From: Candidatus Eiseniibacteriota bacterium
GTDB taxonomy: Bacteria; Joyebacterota; Joyebacteria; Joyebacterales; Joyebacteraceae
Direction: 5' to 3'
Assembly (NCBI GenBank): GCA_043815815.1
Contig: JBDRIO010000009.1
Coordinates: 75,293-139,292, forward strand
DNA length: 64,000 nucleotides
Below are positions 54,731-63,475 of the stretch, in pieces. The stretch's first letter is position 1. The number at the start of each line of letters is the position of its first letter. The notes under the pieces are model-generated. The model searched no databases, was not told where the DNA came from, and saw only the letters and a list, made by a program, of their open reading frames with translations. The position numbers and the translations under genes are program-made.

Positions 54731-54818
54731 CGCCCGGAAGCACGTTTCGGCCCGTCTCGCGGCGTCGCCCGGCCCGCCCGGAGGCACGTTCCGCCCCGTC
54801 TCGCGGCGTCGCCTAGCC
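54731..54818. repeat. 44-nt x2 tandem direct repeat; the second copy contains the comM stop codon
   Basis: 54731-54774 'cgcccggaagcacgtttcggcccgtctcgcggcgtcgcccggcc' versus 54775-54818 'cgcccggaggcacgttccgccccgtctcgcggcgtcgcctagcc' (39/44 identical). Confidence 0.85.
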
Positions 54819-56345
54819 CGCCTGACGGCTCAGGTCGCGGTCGAGCGTCCTGTACTGCACGGCCTCCGCGACGTGCCCGGCCTCCACGGCAGCCGAGCCC
54901 TCGAGATCGGCGATCGTCCGCGATATGCGCAGCACCTTGTGATAGGAGCGGGCCGAGAACCCCAGCTCCGCGACGGCCCTTCGGACGAGCGCCCTGGCGC
55001 GCCCCCGGAGCTGGACCTCCTCCGTCAGGAGGGCCGCCGGCACGCGCCCGTTCGTGGGTGTTCTGCACTCCCGCCACCGTTCCTCTTGCGTGAGGCGCGC
55101 CCGAAGGACGCGCGCCCGCACGGCGGCGCTGCCTTCCCCCGGAGGCCCGGGGGACAGCTCGTCGAACGTGGGCGGTGAGAGGGGGACCTGCACGTCGATG
55201 CGGTCCATCACCGGTCCCGAGACCCTCGCGAGGTAGCGGCGCACGGCGGACGGCGCGCACCTGCAAGGCTGCCTGGGATGCCCGAGGTTCCCGCACGGGC
55301 ACGGGTTCATGCTGGCGACGAGCATGAAGGAGGCGGGGAACGTCGCGGAGCCGGCCGCCCGGGTCACGGTCGTCCGGCCGTCCTCGAGAGACTGGCGCAG
55401 CGCCTCGAGCGCGTTCCTGTGGAACTCGGCGATCTCATCCAGGAAGAGGACGCCGGCGTGCGCCAGGCTCACCTCTCCCGGCCTCGGTACCCTCCCTCCT
55501 CCGACGAGGCCCGCGAACGACACCGTGTGGTGAGGCGCCCGGAACGGACGACGACGCAGGAGTCCGCTCCCCGCGGGAAGGATCCCGGCGACGCTGTGTA
55601 TCATCGTCGTGACGAGCGACTCCTCGCGCGTCAACGGAGGGAGCACGCCGCGGAACGCCCGGGCGAGCATGGTCTTCCCCACCCCGGGCGGGCCCACCAT
55701 GAGAAGGTTGTGCCCGCCGGCCGCGGCTATCTCGAGCGCCCGCTTGGCGTGAGCCTGGCCGCGGATCTCAGCCAGGTCGACGTGCGCCTCGACCACCCGT
55801 CCCCTCCCTCCTGAAGCGTCCGGCTCGTCCGGTCGCCCACCCGCGAGGACGCGCGCCGCGCTCTTGAGATCGCCCACGGGGAGGACCCGGAGCGCGCTCG
55901 ACGCGTCGGCCTCGCGCGCGTTCGCCGGGGGGAGCATGATGCCCTTCATCCCCGCCCGCACAGCGGCTACGGCGACCGGCAACACGCCGCTCACGCCTCG
56001 AGTCGTCCCGTCCAGCGCCAGCTCGCCGACGACGGCGATGCGGTCCAGGAGCCGAGGATCGACCTGGCCCGTCGCGGCCAGAATGCCGAGCGCTATCGGC
56101 AGGTCGAAACCCGCGCCCTCCTTCCGAACGTCCGCCGGGGCGAGATTGACCGTGATCCTGTCGACCGGGAAGCTGAATCCCGAGTTGCGTACGGCCGACG
56201 CCACGCGGTCGCGTCCTTCGCGCACCGCGCTGTCACCGAGGCCCACCGTGGCGAACGACGGGAGTCCCCTGCTGACGTCGGCCTCGACCCGGACCAGATA
56301 CCCCTCGATGCCCTTGACTCCTCCGCTCAGTACCGTGGCCAGCAT
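54813..56345 (-). CDS. comM: YifB/ComM family Mg-chelatase-like AAA+ ATPase
   Basis: Lon-like N-terminal domain. Walker A 'LMVGPPGVGKTMLA'. Walker B 'VLFLDEIAEF'. C-terminal 'SARSYHKVLRISRTIADLEG'. Confidence 0.92.
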   Translation of the reverse strand: MLATVLSGGVKGIEGYLVRVEADVSRGLPSFATVGLGDSAVREGRDRVASAVRNSGFSFPVDRITVNLAPADVRKEGAGFDLPIALGILAATGQVDPRLLDRIAVVGELALDGTTRGVSGVLPVAVAAVRAGMKGIMLPPANAREADASSALRVLPVGDLKSAARVLAGGRPDEPDASGGRGRVVEAHVDLAEIRGQAHAKRALEIAAAGGHNLLMVGPPGVGKTMLARAFRGVLPPLTREESLVTTMIHSVAGILPAGSGLLRRRPFRAPHHTVSFAGLVGGGRVPRPGEVSLAHAGVLFLDEIAEFHRNALEALRQSLEDGRTTVTRAAGSATFPASFMLVASMNPCPCGNLGHPRQPCRCAPSAVRRYLARVSGPVMDRIDVQVPLSPPTFDELSPGPPGEGSAAVRARVLRARLTQEERWRECRTPTNGRVPAALLTEEVQLRGRARALVRRAVAELGFSARSYHKVLRISRTIADLEGSAAVEAGHVAEAVQYRTLDRDLSRQAG

Positions 56346-56360
56346 CCCTCCTCCTCCCCC

Positions 56361-56735
56361 TCACCTGTGTCCCTCGGCCCGGAACGCCGCCGGCAGATGC
56401 TCCACGCGAAGTGCGAGCCCGCCGCGTTCGAGCACGACCTCGACGACGTCGAAGCGCAGCCGCGCGTCGGAGATCCGTCTCTCGGCGAGAAAGCCGCGCG
56501 CGGCGAAGACGATGTGCCTCCTCTTGTGCTCGCCGACCGCCTCGCGGGGAAGGCCTCGCCTGTCCCCGCTCCTGAACTTCACCTCGACAAAGGCGATCGT
56601 CGCGCCCCTGGTCGCGACCAGATCGATCTCCTTGCCGCGGAACCTGTACCCTGCCTCGAGGATGGAGTAGCCGTTCATCTCGAGAAAGACCGCCGCCAGC
56701 CTCTCGGCGAGCGAGCCGGTGCCGCGCGTGCTCAT
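56361..56735 (-). CDS. yraN: YraN-family (UPF0102) endonuclease-like protein
   Basis: 'GERLAAVFLEMNGYSILEAGYRFRGKEIDLVATRGATIAFVEVKFR' is the canonical YraN core. Confidence 0.9.
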   Translation of the reverse strand: MSTRGTGSLAERLAAVFLEMNGYSILEAGYRFRGKEIDLVATRGATIAFVEVKFRSGDRRGLPREAVGEHKRRHIVFAARGFLAERRISDARLRFDVVEVVLERGGLALRVEHLPAAFRAEGHR

Positions 56736-56800
56736 GTCGTCTCACACCTCTGGGGGTGACGTCGTGCCGAAGCGGCCGCCGGGGAGCGGCCGGGACTACC

Positions 56801-56920
56801 GGGGTGACTCGGGTGCAGCGGGGTGGACTCGGGTGCAACGGGGTGGACTCGGACGGAACGGGGTGGATCTGCACGGAACGGGGTGGGTCTGCGCGGAACG
56901 GGGAGAGCCTGCGCCGGACG
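56801..56920. repeat. Six contiguous 20-nt degenerate tandem units (GGGTGGAnnn...) between rnhB and yraN
   Basis: Units: ggggtgactcgggtgcagcg / gggtggactcgggtgcaacg / gggtggactcggacggaacg / gggtggatctgcacggaacg / gggtgggtctgcgcggaacg / gggagagcctgcgccggacg. Confidence 0.85.
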
Positions 56921-56931
56921 CGCCCGCGAGG

Positions 56932-58008
56932 TCAGCGTCGACGCTTCAATCCCATACGGACACGCCCGTAGGAACGCTTGTAGAGACCTCGCAGCTTCGA
57001 GAGTTCGTAAGGAGCGAGCCCTTCCTTGCCCTGGGCCACGAGAGCTGCCACCTGGTCCAGGGAGTCCGCGTCGTCGGACTCGAGCATGGCCCTTCTGAAT
57101 CTCGCGAACTCCTCCGAGTACCCGCCCCCGGACGAGAGCACCGGGCTGAACGACCGGCGGTGTATCTCGCAGGGGCCAAGCCTCGTGAGTGCTGCTATGT
57201 GGCCTGGGGTGCCGTAGCCCTTGTGCCGCGCGAATCCGTACCCGGGGAAGCGGCCGTCGTACTCGACGAGGAGTCTGTCCCGCGTGACCTTCGCGATGAT
57301 CGACGCCGCCGCAATGGCGGCGCTCTTCTCGTCCCCGCGATGGATGGCGGTCTGCGGGAGGGTCAGATCGGGGATCGGGTCGCCGTCGACGAGCACGTGG
57401 TCCGGCGGGAGACCCAGGCCCTCGATGGCCTCCCTCATCGCGCGGTGCGTGGCCCGCAGGATGTTGATCTCGTCGATGACGGACTCCGACATCTGCCCGA
57501 CTCCGACGGCGACTGCCTCCGCGTTGATGAGGTCGAAGAGCTCTTCGCGGCGCGACGGTGTGAGCTTCTTCGAGTCGTCGATGCCTCCGAACGAGAGATC
57601 CCGCGGGAGGACGACCGCCGCCGCCACGACCGGCCCCGCGAGCGGACCGCGCCCGGCCTCGTCGACGCCCGCGACAAGCTCGAGTCCCCTCTCCCACAGT
57701 TCCGACTCGTGTCGCCGGAGCAGCCTGGCGTGCTCGCGCTCAGCGGACCGCCGCTCCCGCTTCCTCAGAAGGCTCTCGCATAGCCGAGACACACCCTTGC
57801 GTGGATCGGCGCTTAGCTCGCGCCAAAGCGAATCGCCGGGCTCCGGAGGAGCGCCGGCGATCATGTCTCTCACTTGTTTCACGCTCAGGTCGCGAAGCGG
57901 GAACCGCGGCTCCGGCCGCTCCGCGTCCGGTCCGGGGGGAGTCTCCGCGCCGGCCGCCTCGTGAGGCGCGCGCGTCGCGCAACTCTCCCCTTCACCGCTC
58001 ACGAACAT
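56932..58008 (-). CDS. rnhB: Ribonuclease HII with Bacillus-type N-terminal segment and ~60-aa C-terminal tail
   Basis: 'VAGVDEAGRGPLAGPVVAAAVVL', 'DSKKLT', 'HRGDEKSAAIAAASIIAKV'. N-terminal 'SADPRKGVSRLCESLL' resembles B. subtilis RnhB. The exact start is uncertain. Confidence 0.88.
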   Translation of the reverse strand: MFVSGEGESCATRAPHEAAGAETPPGPDAERPEPRFPLRDLSVKQVRDMIAGAPPEPGDSLWRELSADPRKGVSRLCESLLRKRERRSAEREHARLLRRHESELWERGLELVAGVDEAGRGPLAGPVVAAAVVLPRDLSFGGIDDSKKLTPSRREELFDLINAEAVAVGVGQMSESVIDEINILRATHRAMREAIEGLGLPPDHVLVDGDPIPDLTLPQTAIHRGDEKSAAIAAASIIAKVTRDRLLVEYDGRFPGYGFARHKGYGTPGHIAALTRLGPCEIHRRSFSPVLSSGGGYSEEFARFRRAMLESDDADSLDQVAALVAQGKEGLAPYELSKLRGLYKRSYGRVRMGLKRRR

Positions 58009-58032
58009 CGCTCTCTCGTCCCCGTGATGCCG

Positions 58033-58136
58033 CGCTACCTGATATCGTCACGCCGACGCGCCACCGGACGTCCCCGCACTGCCCCGCTACCGGACGTCAC
58101 TACGCCGTCGCGCTACTGGATGTCCTTGGCCTTCGT
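58033..58136. repeat. Four 26-nt tandem units; the last is the 3' end (with stop codon) of rplS
   Basis: Unit starts at 58033, 58059, 58085 and 58111: cgctacctgatatcg.. / cgccaccggacgtcc.. / cgctaccggacgtca.. / cgctactggatgtcc.. The last is rplS '...DIQ*'. Confidence 0.7.
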
Positions 58137-58463
58137 CTTGGCGGCCTTGCCGGTCCGGTCTCTCAGGTAGTAGAGCTTCGCGCGTCTCGCCTTGCCGCGG
58201 CGAGTCACGACGAGCGACTGGACGTTCGGGGAGCAGATCGGGAACGTCCTCTCGACGCCGATGCCCTGAGCGACCCTGCGGACCGTGAACGTCTCGTTGG
58301 GACCCGCACCCTGCCGCTTGAGCACCGTGCCCTCGAACGCCTGCGTCCGCTCCTTCTCGCCCTCTCTGATGCGGACGTGGATGCGGACCGTGTCGCCGAT
58401 CGAGAACTCCGGCAGATCATCTCGGAGAGCGCGATCTCCTATGGCCTTGACCCTATCGTTCAT
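58113..58463 (-). CDS. rplS: 50S ribosomal protein L19
   Basis: '[32 protein letters not shown]...[14 protein letters not shown]'. Confidence 0.97.
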   Translation of the reverse strand: MNDRVKAIGDRALRDDLPEFSIGDTVRIHVRIREGEKERTQAFEGTVLKRQGAGPNETFTVRRVAQGIGVERTFPICSPNVQSLVVTRRGKARRAKLYYLRDRTGKAAKTKAKDIQ

Positions 58464-58500
58464 CGTGAGTTCCTCTCGTCGTCAACCCTTGGTGCCGGTC

Positions 58501-59298
58501 TCAGATGGTGTTCTTCTCTTCCTCTATCTCCCCAAGAAGCTCCCTGTCCTCATCGGTGAGCGGCGTGCGCTCCAGGAGCTCCGGCCGGCGCAGGAGTGTG
58601 GCCCTCAAGGCCTCTTTCCTCCGCCAGCGTCTTATCATCTCGTGATGCCCGGACACGAGCACGGCCGGCACGTCGAGGCCCCTGAAGCTCTCCGGCCTCG
58701 TGTAGCTCGGAGGACCCAGGATCCCCTCGAAGAACGAATCCGTCTCCGCGGACTCGATGGCCCCGAGCACGCCCGGCACGAACCGGACGACCGCGTCTAT
58801 CACGACCATGGCCGCCAGCTCTCCGCCGGTCAGCACGTAGTCGCCGACGGACACCTCGTGCGTGACGACCGAGGCCACCCGCTCGTCGACGCCCTTGTAG
58901 CGTCCGCAGATGAGGATGAGCCCGGGTGCGCGCGCGAGTTCAGAGGCGAGCGAATGGTCCAGGAGCTTCCCGCGCGCCGACAGGAGGACGATCGCCTCTC
59001 CGCGGTCGCCCGCGGCGTCGCCGCCTTCGCGTCCCGCGGTGCGGTCCACACCACCTTCGGGTCCCGCCGTGCCTCGCACGTGTTCGAGCGCTTCAAAGAT
59101 CGGTTCGGGCTTCATCACCATCCCGCTGCCGCCACCGTACTGGTAGTCGTCTGCGGTCCGGTGCCTGTCCCTGGCGAAGTCCCTGATGTTCGTTAACCGC
59201 ACATCCAGGAGGCCCTTCTCGCGGGCCTGCTTGATGATGCTCTCAGACAGGGGCCCCTCGAACATCTCGGGAAAGAGCGTGAGAACGTCTATCCTCAC
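58501..59298 (-). CDS. trmD: tRNA (guanine37-N1)-methyltransferase TrmD
   Basis: '[17 protein letters not shown]', '[17 protein letters not shown]', '[12 protein letters not shown]', '[11 protein letters not shown]'. Contains a ~25-aa Gly/Asp/Arg-rich insertion after 'EALEHVRG'. Confidence 0.95.
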   Translation of the reverse strand: MRIDVLTLFPEMFEGPLSESIIKQAREKGLLDVRLTNIRDFARDRHRTADDYQYGGGSGMVMKPEPIFEALEHVRGTAGPEGGVDRTAGREGGDAAGDRGEAIVLLSARGKLLDHSLASELARAPGLILICGRYKGVDERVASVVTHEVSVGDYVLTGGELAAMVVIDAVVRFVPGVLGAIESAETDSFFEGILGPPSYTRPESFRGLDVPAVLVSGHHEMIRRWRRKEALRATLLRRPELLERTPLTDEDRELLGEIEEEKNTI

Positions 59299-59852
59299 TT
59301 GCCCCCCTGCCTCATTCCCTCCATCAGGCGCACCACCATCCTGCCGCCCTCGACGTCGACCTCCTTCACCACCTCGTCGATGACGGGGAGCAGGATCTCC
59401 TCGCTGTCGCTGCGGACCACGTAGACGTCACTGGCCGGCATCGTGAGCACTTCCTCGACCCTGCCCAGGCACTCTCCGGTGTCGCAGTAGACAGAGAGCC
59501 CCAGTATGTCGTCGACGAAGTAACGCCCTTCCGGCAGTTCCCCGACCTGCTCGCGCGTCATCCAGAGGACCCACGTTCTCAGAGCCTCTGCGCCGTCCCG
59601 GGTGTCGATGCCCCGGAGCTTGACGACGAGCCTGCCGTTGTGGTCGCGCGCCCGCTCGACCTCGAACAGGCCCTCCTCTCCCTCGGGAGCGGCGAGCCTG
59701 ACCTTCGACCCACACACCACGAGGTCGACGAGGTCGCTCTTGAGATCGACGACGACCTCCCCCTTGATGCCGTGCGGCCGCACGACGGCGCCCGCCTCGA
59801 TCCAGCTGTCCCTGCAGGTCATCGCAAACCCCGAGGTAACACCGATCCGCAT
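59295..59852 (-). CDS. rimM: 16S rRNA processing protein RimM
   Basis: '[15 protein letters not shown]' and a PRC-barrel C-terminus. 4-nt overlap with trmD. Confidence 0.9.
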   Translation of the reverse strand: MRIGVTSGFAMTCRDSWIEAGAVVRPHGIKGEVVVDLKSDLVDLVVCGSKVRLAAPEGEEGLFEVERARDHNGRLVVKLRGIDTRDGAEALRTWVLWMTREQVGELPEGRYFVDDILGLSVYCDTGECLGRVEEVLTMPASDVYVVRSDSEEILLPVIDEVVKEVDVEGGRMVVRLMEGMRQGGK

Positions 59853-59874
59853 CCGGGGGACGTCTCGAAGGCCG

Positions 59875-60150
59875 TCAGTCGATGATCTCGACCGTGGCCT
59901 TCTTGTCGTTCTTGGTCGCCGCGGCGCCGATGATGGCGCGCAGGGCCTTCGCGGTCCGGCCGTTCTTGCCGATCACGCGGCCCTTGTCCTCGTCGGCGAC
60001 CCGCACCTCATAGACGATCATGTCACCCTTCATGGCCTGCGTGACATTCACATCGTCCGGGCGCGTCACGAGCCCACGGGAGATGTACTCGACGAGCGCC
60101 TGAAGCGAGGCTTCGGTCGAATCGGGAGTCTTGATCTCGTCTTCGAACAT
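59875..60150 (-). CDS. KH-domain RNA-binding protein (YlqC/UPF0109 family)
   Basis: 'LQALVEYISRGLVTRPDDVNV...DKGRVIGKNGRTAKALRAII'. ATG at 60150, with an alternative ATG at 60177. Confidence 0.85.
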   Translation of the reverse strand: MFEDEIKTPDSTEASLQALVEYISRGLVTRPDDVNVTQAMKGDMIVYEVRVADEDKGRVIGKNGRTAKALRAIIGAAATKNDKKATVEIID

Positions 60151-60264
60151 GGGTCTCTTGACCTCTCTCGGAGACATGGACTTCTTGGTCCCGGCACGCG
60201 CCGGCCTCTTGAATCCTGGCTGGACGCGCCGCCCGGGCTGGGAGCCGTCTCCTCTCGCTCCCAC

Positions 60265-61056
60265 CTACTCGGGCTTCTCTTCCTCCGACGCTGCCGGAGC
60301 CTCGGCCCCGCCGGACGCCTCGTCCGCGGGAGCTCCGCCCTCGTCGTCACTCTGAGACGCGCCGCCGCCCGAGTCGGAAGCGGCGTCATCGTTATCGGTG
60401 TCGACCTTCTCGTCCGTGGCGGCCTGCGCGGCAGGCTCCTCGGAGGTCGACGCCTCGGGTTTGCTCACGGTGTCTTCCTGTGCTTCCTCTGCTGGCGCCG
60501 GCCCTGCCTCGGGCGGCACCTCGTCGGTCGGGGCTGCGGCTTCGACGGGCGCGGTGGCCTCCGGCTTCCTGGCCTCGTCCGGCTTGGGCTCCGGCTTCTT
60601 GGCCTCATCCGGCTTGGCCTCCGGCTTCTTGGCCTCATCCGGCTTGGCCTCCGGCTTCTTGGCCTCATCCGGCATGGCCTCGACCTTCGTGGCCTTCGTC
60701 TCTTCCTTCTTGCGCCTCTCCATCGAGGCCTTCGCCTCGAGGCGCTTCCTTGCCTCGTCTTCTATGTGGCCCAGCTCTTCGAGCACCTTCCCGCCCTTCA
60801 CCTCGTGCCACATCTGCATGACCCCGACGCGGCGCAGCAGCGACTCGACGGTGTCCGAGGGACTGGCCCCCTTCGACAGCCAATCGATGATCTTCGGCGT
60901 GTCGACCTTGATCTCCGGCGGGTCGCGGAGAGGGTCGTAGTAGCCCAGCTGCTCGATGAACCGGCCGTCGCGCGGGGACCTGGAGTCCGCCGCTACGATG
61001 CGGTAGAAAGCCATGTGCTTGGCGCCCTTGCGCTGCAATCTGATGCGTACAGCCAC
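60265..61056 (-). CDS. rpsP: 30S ribosomal protein S16 with ~170-aa low-complexity Lys/Glu/Pro/Ala C-terminal extension
   Basis: GTG start preceded by AAGGAGGA. '[41 protein letters not shown]', followed by '[37 protein letters not shown]...'. Confidence 0.93.
   Translation of the reverse strand: MAVRIRLQRKGAKHMAFYRIVAADSRSPRDGRFIEQLGYYDPLRDPPEIKVDTPKIIDWLSKGASPSDTVESLLRRVGVMQMWHEVKGGKVLEELGHIEDEARKRLEAKASMERRKKEETKATKVEAMPDEAKKPEAKPDEAKKPEAKPDEAKKPEPKPDEARKPEATAPVEAAAPTDEVPPEAGPAPAEEAQEDTVSKPEASTSEEPAAQAATDEKVDTDNDDAASDSGGGASQSDDEGGAPADEASGGAEAPAASEEEKPE
60556..60690. repeat. 30-nt tandem repeat (two identical + two degenerate copies) inside the rpsP tail
   Basis: 60601-60630 and 60631-60660 are both 'ggcctcatccggcttggcctccggcttctt'. 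Flanking copies at 60571-60600 and 60661-60690 are diverged. Confidence 0.9.
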
Positions 61057-61125
61057 TCGTCCTCCTTGAGTTCCTCTTCGCGTACCCGGGAACGTCTGCG
61101 CGCCCAGTCGCGGGCCCGCGAGTCA

Positions 61126-62451
61126 CTATCCGAAGGGATTCATCATCGGGAGCTTGCCTCGCTTCCCGAGCTTCCCGAACTGCTTCATCATCTTCTTCAT
61201 GGAGTCGAACTGCTTGAGGAGGCGGTTCACGTCCTGAACGGTCGTCCCGCTCCCGCGCGCTATCCGCTTCCGTCTGCTGCCGTCGATGACCCCCGGGTCG
61301 CGTCGCTCCCCCGGCGTCATCGAACTGATTATGGCTTCGACTCCCTTCAGGGCCTTCTCGTCGATGGCGACGGCCCCGAGCTTGCCCATGCCGGGGATCA
61401 TCCCGGCGAGCTGGTCCAGGGGTCCCATCTTCTTGAGCGCCGCGAGCTGCTCCTGGAAGTCCTCGAGCGTGAACGTCTGCTTCCGGAGCTTCTCCTCCAT
61501 CTTCGCGGCAGCCTTGAGATCGACCGCCTCTTGAACGCGCTCGGCCAGCGTGAGCACGTCGCCCATGCCGAGGATGCGGGAGGCCATCCGATCAGGATGG
61601 AACGCCTCCAGCGCGTCCATCTTCTCCCCGACTCCGGCGAACTTGATCGGCTTCCCGGTCACCGCCCGGAGCGAGACTGCCGCCCCGCCGCGAGTGTCGC
61701 CGTCGAGCTTCGTCAGGACCGCCCCCGTGAAATCAAGGCGAGCGGCGAACTCGGTTGCGACGTTGACCGCGTCCTGCCCGGTCATGCTGTCCAGAACCAG
61801 CAGGATCTCGGAAGGCCGGCTCACCTCCCTCAAGCGCGAGAGCTCTTCCATCATCTCCTCGTCGACGTGCAGCCTGCCCGCCGTGTCGAGGATGACGACG
61901 TCCGCTCCCTGCTCACGAGCCTCGCTGATGGCCGTCGTCGCTATCTCTACGGGATCGGCGCCGGCGCGACCTGTGTGCACCGGAACGTCCAGCCCCCGAG
62001 CCAGCGTCGCCAGCTGTTCCTGCGCCGCCGGACGATACGTGTCGGCGGCGGCAAGCAGCGGACGCTTCCCCCGCTTCCGCAGATGCTTCGCCAGCTTGCC
62101 GCAGAATGTCGTCTTGCCGGAGCCCTGAAGCCCCGCGACCATCACGACAGCGGGCGTCGCACCGGAAAGCCGGAACGGCTCCGACGCGCCACCGAGGAGA
62201 CGAGTGAGCTCCTCATGGACGATCTTCACGACCTGCTGGCCCGGCGTGAGGCTTCGCAGCACCTCGTCGCCGACTGCACGCGCCCTGACATCGTCGATGA
62301 ACCGGCGCGCGACCTTGAAATTGACGTCGGCTTCGAGCAGCGCCCGCCGAACCTCGCGCAGCGCCTCTTCGATGTTCGCCTCGGTAAGCTTGCCCCTACC
62401 TGTGAGCGATCGGAACGCGCCGGTCAATCTCTCGGACAGCTGATCGAACAT
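61126..62451 (-). CDS. ffh: Signal recognition particle protein Ffh
   Basis: ORF open to 62586; ATG at 62451, 'MFDQLSERLTGAFRSL'. 'MVAGLQGSGKTTFCGKLA', 'ILDTAGRLH', 'TKLDGDTRGGAA'. Met-rich M domain. Confidence 0.96.
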   Translation of the reverse strand: MFDQLSERLTGAFRSLTGRGKLTEANIEEALREVRRALLEADVNFKVARRFIDDVRARAVGDEVLRSLTPGQQVVKIVHEELTRLLGGASEPFRLSGATPAVVMVAGLQGSGKTTFCGKLAKHLRKRGKRPLLAAADTYRPAAQEQLATLARGLDVPVHTGRAGADPVEIATTAISEAREQGADVVILDTAGRLHVDEEMMEELSRLREVSRPSEILLVLDSMTGQDAVNVATEFAARLDFTGAVLTKLDGDTRGGAAVSLRAVTGKPIKFAGVGEKMDALEAFHPDRMASRILGMGDVLTLAERVQEAVDLKAAAKMEEKLRKQTFTLEDFQEQLAALKKMGPLDQLAGMIPGMGKLGAVAIDEKALKGVEAIISSMTPGERRDPGVIDGSRRKRIARGSGTTVQDVNRLLKQFDSMKKMMKQFGKLGKRGKLPMMNPFG

Positions 62452-62636
62452 GGCGCTCCAGACCGTCTTCAGGCTCGTTCCGCACGCCCAGGCAGTTCCA
62501 CACCGTGTGAACGCTCGAGGCGAAAGGGTTGCAGAACGAAAGCAAACGTACCCGCTGACGCCCCGGGGACGGATACACGTGTGCACCGTCCCGGCGAGCC
62601 GTCAAGCTCCGGGCCTGCAACTGCTACAGCCTTGAG

Positions 62637-62665
62637 AATATACCAAAGCGGTGGATATGGTGCAA
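62637..62665 (-). promoter_or_regulatory. Putative promoter (TTGCAC-17-TATATT) upstream of ffh
   Basis: The minus strand reads TTGCACcatatccaccgctttggTATATT, in an AT-rich patch about 185 nt upstream of ATG 62451. Confidence 0.6.
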
Positions 62666-62702
62666 GCAGAAAACGACCCGGCGCCGGGGCCGGTGAGCAG
62701 GC

Positions 62703-63377
62703 TCAGAGCGCTGCTGCGGCCGCCGAGCGAAGACCGCGCAGGGCCTCGCGGATGTCCCCGGCCCTGAAGATCGCCGAGGAGGCCACCAGGACCTCCCCTC
62801 CGTTCGCGACGACGGTCTCGACGGTGTCGGAGGCGATGCCGCCGTCCACCTCTATTAGGAAGTCCAACCCTCGCTCGACCTTGAGTCCCCTGAGCGTCGA
62901 GAGCTTGGGCATGACGTCGGCCATGAAGCTCTGGCCGGCGTAGCCCGGGTTCACGGTCATCACGAGGGCCATGTCGATCATGTCGAGGTAGGGCTCCAAG
63001 AGGTCGCAGGGATTCGGGGGATTGACTGCCAGCCCGGCCTTGGCCCCGCGCCCGTGGATGCGCCCGATGAGACCGGTCACGTCGTCGCAGGCCTCGACGT
63101 GGAAGACGACGTAGTCCGCGCCGGCGTCCACGAACGCGTCGGCCAACGCCTCGGGGTTCGTGACCATGAGGTGCGCGTCGACCGGGAGATCGGTCGCCCG
63201 CTTCACTGCCTCGACGATGAACGGTCCCATCGTGAGGTTGGGCACGAAGTGCCCGTCCATGACGTCGACGTGGATCATGTCTGCGCCGGCGTCTTCGACG
63301 GCGCGCAGCTCGTCCCCGAGCTTCGTGAAGTCGGCTGACAGGATCGAGGGCGCTATGAGGACGCTCTTGGCTGGCAT
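62703..63377 (-). CDS. rpe: Ribulose-phosphate 3-epimerase
   Basis: ORF open to 63425. ATG 63377 is preceded by GGAGGAA. 'IAPSILSADF', 'IHVDVMDGHFVPNLT', 'MTVNPGYAGQSF'. Confidence 0.95.
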   Translation of the reverse strand: MPAKSVLIAPSILSADFTKLGDELRAVEDAGADMIHVDVMDGHFVPNLTMGPFIVEAVKRATDLPVDAHLMVTNPEALADAFVDAGADYVVFHVEACDDVTGLIGRIHGRGAKAGLAVNPPNPCDLLEPYLDMIDMALVMTVNPGYAGQSFMADVMPKLSTLRGLKVERGLDFLIEVDGGIASDTVETVVANGGEVLVASSAIFRAGDIREALRGLRSAAAAAL

Positions 63378-63475
63378 CCGGTTCCTCCGTTGTCCTCTCC
63401 GAGGGTCGTCTTCCCGCGCGGTCACCCCGCGAGGTTACACCGCGCGATCACCCAGACCGCCCTCCGACGGCAGTG

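Noticed and set aside
56801-56920. Possible CRISPR array.
   Set aside because: The units are only 20 nt long, directly contiguous without spacers, and degenerate. No cas genes are nearby. It is kept as a tandem-repeat finding instead.
59602-62943. 1113-aa plus-strand ORF running antisense across rimM, the KH gene, rpsP, ffh and rpe.
   Set aside because: The opposite strand holds five genes with unmistakable homology. The ORF product is Arg/Ser/Pro/Leu/Gly-rich low-complexity sequence with no motif. In very GC-rich DNA, stop codons are rare in antisense frames, so this is a shadow ORF.
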